Below the pieces are notes generated by a model. It searched no databases, was not told where the DNA came from, and was given only the letters and a program-made list of their open reading frames with translations. Positions 12,897-28,584 of a stretch of 64,000 nt of DNA are shown piece after piece. The DNA is from Antedon mediterranea (Eukaryota; Animalia; Echinodermata). The position numbers and the translations under genes were made by a program. The stretch covers positions 11,346,001 to 11,410,000 of the forward strand of contig NC_092674.1 of assembly GCF_964355755.1 (NCBI RefSeq), written 5' to 3'. Each line of letters begins with the position of its first letter. Position 1 is the first letter of the stretch.

Positions 12897-15800
12897 TAGT
12901 CCGGTGGCAGGAGGGGGGAATCACCACCCGAAAGGGGACAAATTGCCATCCAACTTTTCTAGACTAGAATGTTCCGTAGATTACGAATATGGAAGGTAAT
13001 CGATCAGGATAGGAAGCGTTTTCGAGATATATGAGGTCAAAGTTCAAAATTGACCAATTACAACAATGTATTATGTATATGTATTATAACAAATTTATTG
13101 AAGCACAATTTGGTCTTTTATTACATTTTTATGATTATAAGTGTCTATTCAATCACCTTATGAAAAAAAAAATCCTTTGTGATTAAGGGTCAAATGTCAA
13201 TATTGACCAATCATAGAACGTACCTAAAAAACCAAATAAAAACTAATATTTAATAAAAATTGGATGTTTTCTCATTCTGTTAATCAATCATACGCATTGT
13301 AAAAGAGCGAATACATAATTTCATCAGTTGACATAAGGTCAATTTCATCAGTTGACATAAGGTCAAAGGTCAACATTTGAATACGCGTATTAGTTAACAA
13401 ATAAATGCAAAGTTGTCCAAACTATGATATTGATGGTTTTACAAGTAATCAAATTATTTGATTAGTAAAGTGTAAATGTTATTTCATTATAATTTTGATT
13501 AATATAATTATAATACTGTATTTAATCAAATCAGACTTCGATCAGGATAGGAAGCGAATAGGAAGAAAAAAGGGGTCAAAGTTCAAAATTGACCAATTAT
13601 AACAATGTATTATATACATATGTATTATAACCAGTTTATAAAAGTTCAATTTGGTCTTTTAATATATTTGTATGGTTATAGGTATTGTATGGTGTTATTC
13701 AGTCGCCTTATAAAACAAATACTTTGCAATTAATTAAAGGTCAAATGTCAATATTAACCAATCACACAATTTGCATTTAAAACCAAATAAAAACTAACAT
13801 TTAAGACAAAATGTTATGTTTTATAATTCTGTTAAGACATCTATCAATCATACACAATCAAAAGAGCACATTTATCATTACACAAGTTGACATGGGTCAA
13901 AGGTCAACATTTGAACAAATGATATACTAAATAATGCAAAGTTATTCAAACTATGAGATCGATGTTCATAAATGTAATCACGTTATTTGATCAGTGAAGT
14001 TATGGTATTTTTATATTTTTTCTAGTGCGCATTATTTTAAATGTATTAATATAATACTGTAAAATAAATAATAAAATTAATATGACGATTAAAATGTTAT
14101 GATGTTAAAATGTTGCGCTGACCTTCAATGCTTTGCCACTATACAGTTGCATTTATTAGGGCTACAATATTCGTCTTTGGAAAATAAACTACTATTCATC
14201 AGAACCAGAGAATACAAATTTGTAAGGAGAGGGCATAGGCAGATCCAGGTGGCCAAACTCAATCCACAACTCACTACACAGACAGACCACAATTTTTATA
14301 TAGTTTGGCCCATACAGGAAAGGGTTTCCTGTATACAAAGGATTCTAAAATAACCCATGTGGATTTGCCCGAATGAACCCTCTAAGGACCCTTTTGGGAT
14401 CTATATGTGTGCTATGGGTACCTGTGGGGTAAATAGTTCATAGATGAACTATGGAATAAAACTAAATGTGCACCCTCAATCTTTAAATAACATTTATGGA
14501 TTTGCCCAAATGAACCCAAGGGCCGATCCTTCATGGACCTTTCGGGGTTCTCTATGTGGGGCTACAAGAGACCCTATATTGGAAATAATGTATGTGGTGT
14601 GAAAATGTGGGTTCATAGAGATATAATAAATATCCCTGTGCACCCTCGATCATCCATAAGGAACATTTTATGGATTTGCCCAAATTAACCCAAGGGCCGG
14701 TCGTTCTCCATGGATGGACATTAAGCCCCATAATGGAAATATAAGGGGTGACACTGTGAGTTCATATAGACAGGCGTGGCCCATGAATTAAGCTGCCTGT
14801 GCACTCTCGATCCTTAAGAAAAATTTATGGATTTGCCCAAATTAACCCAAGGGCCGGTCCTCCATGGATGGACATTAAGCCCCACAATGGAAATATAATG
14901 AGTGACACTGTGGGTTTATATAGACAGGCACATGGAATAAAGCCGCCTGTGCACTCTCGATCCTTAAGGAACACTTATGGATTTGCCCAAATTAACCCAA
15001 GGGCCGGTCATCCATGGACATTAAGCCTCATAATGGAAATATAAATATAAGGGGTGACAATGTGGGTTTATAGACAGGCACATGGAATAAAGTTGCCTGT
15101 GCACTCTCGATCCTTAAGGAACCGATTTGGATTTTGCCTAAAATGAAACAACAGCAGGTCATCTATTTAGACCCTTCTGTGGTTCTCTACTGTATGTTCA
15201 GTTCTACATTTGGCTCCTGTATCGGATCAATGCATTTGGCTACATAAGCTACTGTGTTAGAAATATATCGGGTAACTAAAACTGTAGGTTCCAATATTAA
15301 GCCATGGGAAAAGCCTGTCTGTGCACTCTCAATCCTTTTAAAAGGAACCCATATGGATTTGCCAAAATGAACCAAGTGTAACTTCTGAATTCTCTATGAG
15401 CCGTACATTCCGTTTATTGGAGATTCATGGATACCTGATTGAAATTGCTCAAATATTTCTGAAAGACATTGTACTGTATAGTAATAGTATTATTCCCCTT
15501 CCACACCTCTTTGAATTAAATCCGCCCTGATAGGCTCTTATGTACAGGATTTAAAGGCAATAATCACACTTGTATTTTTCAAACAGTATAATCTATTAGA
15601 TTGAATAAAAATATCTATTATAAACAATTTGCCGTTAGAAATCTCTGTGCCATGTCGTTATTTAGATGAGAAAAACAGGTCAAAGGTTAAAAATACAGAA
15701 AAATAGGTGTTTCAGTCACTTTTTGAAAAAAAGTTTCATTATGGCAACTATAAACATATATATTGTGAACAATTTGACACCACAATTGGCTCCTTATGAC

Positions 15801-16298
15801 AAATATTTATTAATTTATGTTTTTATAACCTTATTCAATTATGTCAAAGGTTAATAACCACACTTCCGGTCATTTTCAAGCAATATCATCTGTTATACTG
15901 AATATAAATGTATATCTTAGGAACAATTTGCTCCTATTTTTAATTCTCTCCGACCTGCCGTTACTTAGATATAGCAAAAAGGGGTCAAAGGTCAAAATTG
16001 CTAAAAATGGGGTTTCCGGCCAATTTTTCAAAGACATTTCTGTTAGAGCTAATATAAACATATACATTGTGAACAATTTGACACCAAAATTATCTCACTA
16101 CGTCCAGAATTTCCAGAGATATAGCATTTTTTTATATTGGTCAATTTTGAACTTTGACCCCTTATATCTCGAAAACGCTTCCTATCCTGATCGATTACCT
16201 TCCATATTCGTAATCTACGGAAAATTCTGGTCTAGAAAAGTTGGATGGCAATTTGTCCCCTTTCGGGTGGTGATATCCCCCCTCCTGCCACCGGACTA
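12897..16298. mobile_element. Non-autonomous 3.4-kb DNA transposon with ~165-bp TIRs (Academ-like termini)
   Basis: TAGTCCGGTGGCAGGAGGGGGG..AAAATTGACCAAT at the left end is near-identical to the reverse complement at 16135-16298; termini TAG..CTA; 3-bp TSD AAA confirmed by in-frame restoration of the flanking LINE; internal ~540-bp duplication (13001 vs 13539); no transposase ORF. Superfamily is inferred from termini and TSD only. Confidence 0.85.
14355..15380. repeat. Tandem array of ~140-230 bp units inside the TIR element
   Basis: tatggatttgcccaaa(t/a)..aacccaagggccg recurs at about 14360, 14496, 14669, 14827, 14976, 15128 and 15352. Confidence 0.85.
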
Positions 16299-16726
16299 AA
16301 ATGATTTGCTGGTTGAAGATCGACGGGTTTGCCTTTGAGCCGGCGCCAGATAAGAATGGAGTGGCAGAGCCAGATGGTGTAGCAGAGATGACAGAAAAAG
16401 GGGGATATGTTTTCATCAATATCATCTCTGTTAACACAGTACTGCTCCACTAATTTGGCATGGGCACCATCTTTATTGATTTTTGCATTGCACACCATGC
16501 AGAGTTTCCATATCTGTAAAAAAAATTTAGCAATTTTTTAACAATTATTATCTATTATACATTGTTAAAAATAAATGTTAACAAAAACTTTTTGTGTAGT
16601 TTCATAGTATATAAAAAAGGTCTAATGCTGGTGAGCATGATATGCCTAACGTTATGTTACTCATTATATATGAACTCAAACTATACTTTGAAAGAAACGT
16701 ACATACATATGTATATATATATATAT

Positions 16727-17347
16727 GAAAAAAAATACTGAAAGATGAGGGCGTATCAATTTGATCTCTGTTGCGCGTGCGTACAACTGAGGACTAGTGC
16801 TGTTCCGCCGTACCACGCCGAGAATGTTAAAGAGTCGTTATCCAATCGAGTTCGAACAATACCATGAAAGCCCCAGTGGTCTAATGGTTAGGACATCTGC
16901 ATATCAAGCAGGCGGTCCGAGTTCGAGTCTCGGTTGAAGCAACTTTTTCTCATTCTCACAGATTTCCTCATCTTTATCGTTTCAAATTAATTAATTAAAT
17001 TTCAGTATATCACCGGGCGGTTTAGAATTAATGTTCTTTGCCTGATTTGTTTATATATATATATTAATGTTCATTGCCTGATGTGTTTATATATATATAT
17101 ATATATTTATATAAACAAATCAGGCAAAGAACATTAATTCTAAACCGCCCGGTGATACACTGAAATTTAATTAATTAATTAGAAACGATAAAGATGAGGA
17201 AATCTGTGAGAATGAGAAAAAGTCGCCCCAACCGAGACTCGAACTCGGACTGCCTGCTTGATATGCAGATGTCCTAACCATTAGACCACTGGGGATGGTA
17301 TTGTTCGAACTCGATTGGATAGCGACTCTTTAACATTCTCAGCGTGA
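16727..17347. mobile_element. Fold-back pair of a tRNA-like-containing repeat within (TA)n tracts
   Basis: Plus copy about 16727-17052 and inverted copy about 17112-17347, bounded and separated by (TA)n; further copies at 60280-61045. Confidence 0.85.
16870..16941 (+). ncRNA. tRNA-like segment (A box/B box), repeat-embedded, probably not a decoding tRNA
   Basis: GCCCCAG-TGGTCTAATGGTTAGGAC-A-TCTGC[ATATCAA]GCAGG-CGGT-CCGAGTTCGAGTCTCGG-TTG; cloverleaf is foldable, but the loop gives an unusual ATC anticodon with A32; other copies at 17224-17294 (-) and 60415-60486 (+). Confidence 0.7.
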
Positions 17348-18846
17348 ATATATATATATATAATTATTGTACATTCCTAACACTAGTAACAGGGTAGGTA
17401 GTGAAATTTTATATAACATAATTTCCGCCACTTACAGCTTGGTTTAACATATACAAGACAATTACAACAACCCAGAAACACTTAAATTATGACGAAACAG
17501 ATAAAGATTGGAATTAAAAATGTCGATATGGGGATGGGCCTCATGGACTAAACTATTATAAGAAACTTAATCTACTGATGTCACCATTTTTAAGAACATT
17601 GACTCTACTAAAGGGAACACAAAGGATATTGTTATTTCTTAAATTACGGGTGGGAAAATGTGCAAATATGCCAATTTGTGAAAATAGGTTATAATAAATA
17701 AATTCAGTTACTTACTGTTATCTCGGTAAATCTAATTGGAATGAAATAGTGTTATTCTGTGCAAAAACGCCGGCAAAAATAAATTTCAAAACAAAGCGTG
17801 TCCGACACGTAGGCACAGTAATCCTGCCACTGGCGGCGCTATATTACCTGCTTCTGTAGTACGTGTTCCCAACTTGCTATTACCCTGTATTAATTTCTAT
17901 AGGCCTAGTCTGGATAAAAAGATTACAAAATTCCGTAATAGAAAATGTGAGTAGTTTTTTACGTTGCTCCATGCTGTGAAATTGCGTCGCCCAGTTTAAC
18001 CCTGTACTTCTAATCAATACTGCGTTTTGAATAAGCCTCAGATGAGCATTAGATTCTTGTGTTATAAGTTCTTTGCTATTATCAAGTACTAGGTTCTGGG
18101 CCTAGCCTAGGCCCAGCCTTAATCATTTTACTATTCACCATTGCCAAATAGGCCTTGTTAGATAAGGATTTTTGGGGATGCAATGGGTATGCAAATTGCA
18201 AAAGGTCTACATTTTAGGGTCTTTAAATATGTAAAATATTAAAAATGATATAGGCCTAGGCCAACTCTAGACTAGTCGTGTCGTCTAAGTCAAATGTAGG
18301 GGATAAGTTTATTACCTTAGACCTAGGCCTAGTTGAGAATTTTTATTACGATTTTCAATTCACACCATATATAGGGCTAGGCCTAGGCCCTGCCTAGACA
18401 GAGCCTAGCCTACTCTATTCAAACCTGAAACCTAGACAGTTAGTAATACATGGATGGATATGATGGTGTCCGGTGGGGGATAGTTTATTACATTTAGTTT
18501 AGCTATTAAGATCAAGAACTGTCAATATAGAATTTCATTAAACACATTTTTCATTTTGTTTTATATACATTTTTCTGTCATTTACGTCTCAACATTTTTA
18601 ATAATAACTCCACACTCCAAACAAAACAAATCATGCTCCCTGGCCTGCCTGCCATGGCCTGGTGTGTGGGGTAGGCTCTAGACTAGGCCTAGGCCTAGGC
18701 CTACTAGCTAGTAGGCTAGTAGGCCTATCCACATGGAGTGGGGATATCATGTATTGTAGGCCTAGGCTATTTACCGAATTCTTTGTAGTCGCCCTTCTTT
18801 TCCACTTAAAATAATGATTTCTATAATAATGTATGTAAATACTTAC

Positions 18847-18917
18847 AAAATTAAACTTCTAAAATACGTATAAAATAATAAGAGTTGGACGACCGACAAC
18901 ACCACCGCCGCCGCCAT
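18847..18917 (-). other. Candidate first exon (ATGGCGGCG.. to GTAAGT donor) with promoter-proximal AGGCCTAG-rich intron
   Basis: Reads MAAAVVLSVVQLLLFYTYFRSLI then gtaagt; dense AGGCCTAG tract at 18080-18770 immediately downstream; no confidently linked later exons. Confidence 0.4.
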
Positions 18918-19871
18918 GCAGCGCAAACAATAATCAGAAAGAAAAATAGGTCAAAAAAAGTTTGGTTCTGAAAGAGGGCGCTATTATTATTTTATTATTT
19001 AGTTGAATTGTTCATTCATAAATTACTAATGAACAGTGAAATGGTGACGAAAACGTTGCGCAATGTTAAGCGTGATGCTGTTAGCCATCATTGGTACAAT
19101 TTTTAAGTTGATACCAATGATGTTGACACCAGTCTACCACGATGAGGTAGCATCTCCGACTTCAGACTGGAAATTTTGTTTTCTTTCCAAATTAGCCAAA
19201 TTGGTGAAAAAATATTTGAAAAGAACTGTTAGGACTACTTTTGCAATTTGAAATGTGATAATTTAATAATAGCTTTATAAATAATTAATAAGCCCAATAA
19301 ACACTAATTTAATAATTATGTGTTTTCATTTAAAATTAACACGGTTTACGTTTAATTCAGTCAAATTTAGTGAAACTTATATAGGCCTATATTTGAAAAT
19401 CAGATTTTGTAGTCTTGAAATATAACTATTAATATAGTTACTTAATGTTGTTTATTTTAGATTTTATTATTCTATTACAAAATAAGGAATGGTTGGTTAT
19501 AATATTTAATAGACTAAAACTCGTCACTGATGACATATTGTTTTAACCAGGGATTTGTTAATTTGAAACAACTTCCTGGTAAAAAACTATAGATTTAAAA
19601 CTACTTACGCAGTGGTACTTTTCTCATGCAACTCCGATTCTAGAGCAGTAAACATTTATTTTGGAATGAGAGAACACTGTCGTACAATCAGGATGGGGTG
19701 TTTAAAAAAATGCCTGGGTGGATGTTTCTTTAACCCATGCTTTAACAAACCAAGGGTTTCTTCAAATTTTATTTTAACTGGTGAACTCTATACACCAACA
19801 GCTGCGAAAAGTGTTATCATATGGAATGTATTTCAGCACATAGTGCATGGCACTGAACATTGTTTTTTTTT

Positions 19872-21290
19872 AAGCTTGGTTCCCACTAGGACGCAACGCA
19901 AGTAAACGCAAGTAAGTGTGTTGACCAATGACAAGCAATAGTTCGAATAATCCATCGCTTGTGATTGGTCAACTCACTTACGTTGCGTTACGTCCTTGTG
20001 TTGCGTCTCTAGTAAAAACTAAGCATTAAGGATGAGATAGGGGAGAGAATATGTACAGTATTCTATTGAAAGTGAGAGCCATGTTTTTTTAAACGCCTAA
20101 CGTCCGATGTACGATTCCATCCATTGACCCTGTTAAGCACATGCCAGTGTTCATCGTACTACCCCAGTCTACACTCACTACTGGCGTCTTGTGGCCTACA
20201 TGGATTCTAGTGGGTTAATAGCATAGTGACCCTTAAACGTCCATCCATTTTTGTATGACAAGATGAACGTCATTCCATTATGTCTGTGATCATTGGTATA
20301 GAGAATTCTAAGGTTAAAAGGTCAATTATTGAACTTTGATCTTTTGACCTTAGATTTGTTGTTTTAGTAGTATGTACAACAAATTATACAAATATATGTA
20401 TTTTTTAATTTGATACTTTTCCTGCCATGGGGTGACTTCGTGGCACACTTCAATTTAAAGATATTATAAATTTTTTTTTTTTTTTGACTCGTCACAATTT
20501 CATGAGCATAGTGTGTGATACCACTACCAAAATTAACATCTGATAAAAGTGAGAGTAAAGCTTGGTTCCCACTAGGATGCAACGCAAGCGAGTTGACCAA
20601 TGATAAGCTACACATTGTCATCAAATAATTTATCGCCTGTAACTGGTTAAATCCCATACGTTTCGTGTTGCGTCTCTAGTGGGAACCACGCATAAATATC
20701 ACTTGGTCACAGTTTAGTACGTTGCAACCAAAATACTTTGAATAGGAGTGTTAAACACAAAATTTAAAAAGCAGAGGTGTTAACTGATGAGTATTTGACT
20801 GGGCTGTTTTGAGCAGATAATCAGCAGATCTAGCTCCTCAAACTCCTTGCTGTATATATGCCAACAGTGGGAGCAGATCACTGCAAGGTGTTTTTTAGTG
20901 TAAGTTAAATACATCTATTGAGTCAAATAAATATCTTAAAGGGTAGCTCCGAGTTTACAATTTATATTTTTAACAATAGGTCCTGTAACACCAATTTGTT
21001 ACAAAACCTGATTCACCCTTTTCTGAAAATATAGGGTGTTATTATAAATATAATTATAAATCCTTATATTGTATATTAAGCAATATGAATTTGAAACCCA
21101 GAATTCCCCTTTAAAGGTAGAAACAAGTTTTTTCATTGTTTTATTGTACATATGGGGAATTCCCTTATACGCATACAATAAGCTTGGTTCCCACAAGGAT
21201 AAAAGTAATTTGACCAATCATGATCATTCAAATTATTTTATTGTGATTGGTCATTTCACTGCGTTGCGTCCTAGTGAGAATCAAACTTTA
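19872..21290. mobile_element. Three ~110-155 bp PIF/Harbinger-like MITEs (about 19872, 20558, 21180)
   Basis: Each begins AGCTTGGTTCCCAC(T)AG, contains ttgaccaat..attggtca, and ends in a degenerate CTAGTGGGAACCAAGC. Confidence 0.7.
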
Positions 21291-22247
21291 CAAGGGATTT
21301 TCCTAAAGTGATCGATTACGAATTTGATTTAAGAAGAAAGCAATTGATTGATTTTGTAAACGGAGGGTAATTATCTTTATATTATGAGTCGTATATATTT
21401 ACATTTAATAATATTTTGCTACTTATTGCATATAAATATGCAATTCACTGTATATTGCTCTTTAGGAGTATGAGAATGGTACCAAGAAATGTATTTTCCA
21501 GAGCCTCTGTATTTATCATAGTCACTGGGATTTATTATACTCTTATCTCCAAATAAACAAAACATAAAATCTGGTAAATTATTATAATAATGTATTTATG
21601 ATAAAATTTAGTTTTTTAAGTTTATTAAAATAACATTAAACTATAAGATATTTTTTTTGTTCTGTTTAATTTTGTGCCATTTGATTTTTGAATGACTCAA
21701 AAAAACAAAAATAAAATACTGTGAACCACGTTTTCCGAAGTGACAATTAAATATAGACTCTTAATTTTGATGTTGATCGATTGTGTTTTTTGTCAATAAC
21801 TTACTGGTATGTAACCTAAATAAAATCACTTCAGCAGGACTCGAAACATTTGCTTTGGCAAAGAAGGTTATTTATATTTTATTGTTGGTTAAATTTGAAT
21901 ATAATAAGAAAACAATTTCAAACAAAAATCAACTTTAGTATTTGTTTACTATAGTTTAATTCATATATCATTTAGACTAAATTCTATATTTCAATTTAAT
22001 TCAAGGTATTTCAATTAAATATACTGTAAATTGTAATTAATTTACAGTCAAAATGTCCATAAATCCCTAGGATTTTAATTAGAAGGTTAATAATACTTAA
22101 TTTTCTTTTATTTTATTCCATTACTACAAACTGTATGCAATAACATTTTCGGTATTTTTATTGGATGAATAAGCCCACCACAACAATAACCAAACTAAAT
22201 TCAAAATGTGCACATTCCTTAACTTGTAGAGTTTTGTCTGTGACTAA

Positions 22248-26291
<4,044 letters not shown>

Positions 26292-26726
26292 GGTTAAAGA
26301 TTTCCTACTGTGTCCCGGCTAAAGTATATAATTGACTACACCCGGAGTGTTGTAGTTAGTCTATGCATTTATTTTTGAATTAACAATGTCCCCAACAACC
26401 AGCAACTTTAACTATCATATCACACTGTGTAATTTGTAATATAATAAAACAGACAATTCATGAATAAACTTAACTGCTGGTACAACATGTTAGTGACGTA
26501 CAAACACTGGTAGCTCAATAGGGATACAAGATTTTACACTAGAAATAGTGTACACAAACACACACACATAAAACAAATTTCACCACTAAGTTTACTTCAT
26601 ATATTAAATTATACTTTATTCTGATATCTCTTCAAGTTATACATAATTATAACTGTTATTATAAAATATATAGTAATTGAAACCAATTGATGTACACAAT
26701 ATGTGTAACACAATTATGTAAGAATA

Positions 26727-28345
26727 TTAAGTATATAGAGAGTTATCAGCATCAGGAATTTCATCAAGTGATGGTGGTGTGTTGTGTATGTTAAGACACA
26801 CTCTAGAGCTATGTAAGGGTGTTGGCGTTATGACGGTACTACAGCTCTCATTAACCCTCTTACGCGGCACCTTTCTTCGGCAACTCCGATCAGCATCAAG
26901 CATGTCATCTACTGACGGCAGTTCGGGTGTGTCATGAATGCTGAAACACATTCGTTTTGTGCTTTTGGTAGAAATTGTTGGCCTAACACTATTGTCATTC
27001 CAGAGCTTATCAATGCTACCAATTTCAAAACGTACCTCTTTGGTTCCCGACTTTTTGCAGTGAGGAGATGGATACTTACCAACCATCCTTTCAACATTAA
27101 ACTCAGCACTGTCTTTAAATACTACTCAACAACGTACGCATCAACTTTCTGTTTGGTTTGGTACCAGCCACATGATGTCTTAGCAAGCTCCAGTACGGTG
27201 AGTTAGTCTTTAAACATTTCTTCGACTTCTGGATGGAGTGGATGGTTCTATTATAGCGTTTCTTGCAACGCGAAGCACAAGAGAGTGGCAATAAAGATCT
27301 GTAATAAAAAGTAAGATGAACTATATTTGTAATTATTATATTATCCTTTTTGATATTTAAATTGTTACCATCATAAAGACTCTTAGCTGGTGAACGAAAG
27401 CAGGGACATGAATTGGTATCCCTTTCGTCTCTGTAGACAACACCCGTCTTTTCTTTATGGATACCTAAAATAAAACACATTGACATAATTTGTTTAAATG
27501 GCATGGTCGTAAAACAGGCCAAAGTTACACATGGGAGACGAATTTGTATCGGAAATTGGATTAGTGCTGTGATACAAATATCCTAAATTTCTATGATTTG
27601 AAAAGAAACAATGCCATTACAAGACGAAGTTAATCAGATTGTATTTAAGCAAAAATTGGTAGAAAACAAGTTACATGAGAGACGAAATTTGATTTGGACA
27701 GCCAAACAAAATATGCTAAATGACCATGATTTAAAAAGAAAAACAAAGTTATTGCTAATACAGTAGGCCGAGGGCTGATTGTATTTAAGAAGAATAATTT
27801 TATAAATATATTATATTTATACATTTAGAAATATATACTTGGTATGAAATACAGTTTACATTAGTTAGATTCTTTACTGTAACTTACTGTCAGAGTGTTG
27901 TGGAAAGTCCATATTGTAAAAAGCTGCGCGGTACATCTTTATAGCTTCTTCAACAACAACATGAGTTATCGATTCTTTTTTCTACAATAAACAAAGTATT
28001 TTCTATTGAAAAATTACCTTTAATTTAAATTAACTATAACACATATAAAAACTATAAAAAATGGAATTACATCAGGAAAAGAGCACAACAATTAACATTA
28101 ACAGTCTAACCCTATCTTAAAAATTGGCTAACGAGGTCCAAATTTGGGAATTGTATGCTGTATAACATTTCTATAAAATACACAATGCTAAAAACCATTC
28201 ACCTTCAGTTTAGTTTTAGAGCTTTTTAGTTCATTAGTAAAACATTTGCTTTCCCGCAATGGTCGTTTGATCTTGATTGGACCTGTGTGGGGTTTGTCTG
28301 ATGTTGGCTTTAAGTTTTGCCATTTTCGCTTCTTTCTGACAGAAT
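26727..28345 (-). CDS. Multi-exon gene or pseudogene of unknown function (basic, low-complexity product)
   Basis: Phase-compatible GT-AG exons 28345-28203 (DSVRKKRKWQNLKP..KTKLK), 27981-27888 (KKESITHVVVEEAIKMYRAAFYNMDFPQHSD), 27464-27369 (IHKEKTGVVYRDERDTNSCPCFRSPAKSLYD), then 27298 onward (in-phase frame stops at about 27209; separate ORF 27086-26727). Confidence 0.55.
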
Positions 28346-28584
28346 CTGTCACATGTCAAGGTATCAAATATTTATAAATGTTTAGGCCTAATGTAGCTTA
28401 CGTAGGCCAGGCTAATTAAACATTTTATTTATATGAATTAGAATCCTGAAACCCCCAACTTACGAATAATATAATAATAATCAATGTCACTATTACAATT
28501 TTGAATTGATAACTGGAGTAATTTTAGTAGTATACAACATGTAGGCCAAGGGGAAGGCTGTCTGTGGGTAAAGGGGTGTATTTG

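Larger units (their letters stand above)
12663..16376 (-). mobile_element. 5'-truncated LINE 3' end, split into 16376-16299 and 12896-12663
   Basis: Removing the TIR element and one TSD copy restores the in-frame ORF2 C-terminus HLALPLHSYLAPAQRQTRRSSTSKSF/IQHQTRTDTYKFSYMTRTTRDWNELPPNIQ..FEEALKEHL, followed by a short UTR and a gaagaa tail. Confidence 0.85.
10134..16513 (-). pseudogene. Decayed intron-containing RAG1-like/Chapaev-like transposase gene (N-terminal Zn domain + GGRPKK + RING + DDE core start)
   Basis: Manually translated segments, most with AG/GT borders: 16513-16376 KLCMVC..DDIDENISPFFCHLCY; 12662-12571 KSWLPNKRTENCEICKDEFKK; 12387-~12020 GGRPKKIK then RING CVICSCPVVLPCQHVACNMC..CPSC; ~11055-10983 PNVRVPSNVASNKTKRRRS; 10876-10718 IKQLRLIISG; 10587-10353 LTWHDWLIPEDKIWIKLRGYKGVGTFKFILQIANVERPNALQNT..QQVEELKKMVW; 10210-10134 IEIFAFGDYEYECRTYGLSGAS. 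Stops and frameshifts present. Confidence 0.8.

Noticed and set aside
16870-16941. Functional tRNA-Asp(ATC) gene
   Set aside because: Atypical anticodon loop, mismatched acceptor stem in some copies, no nearby clean gene context, and always embedded in the same repeat
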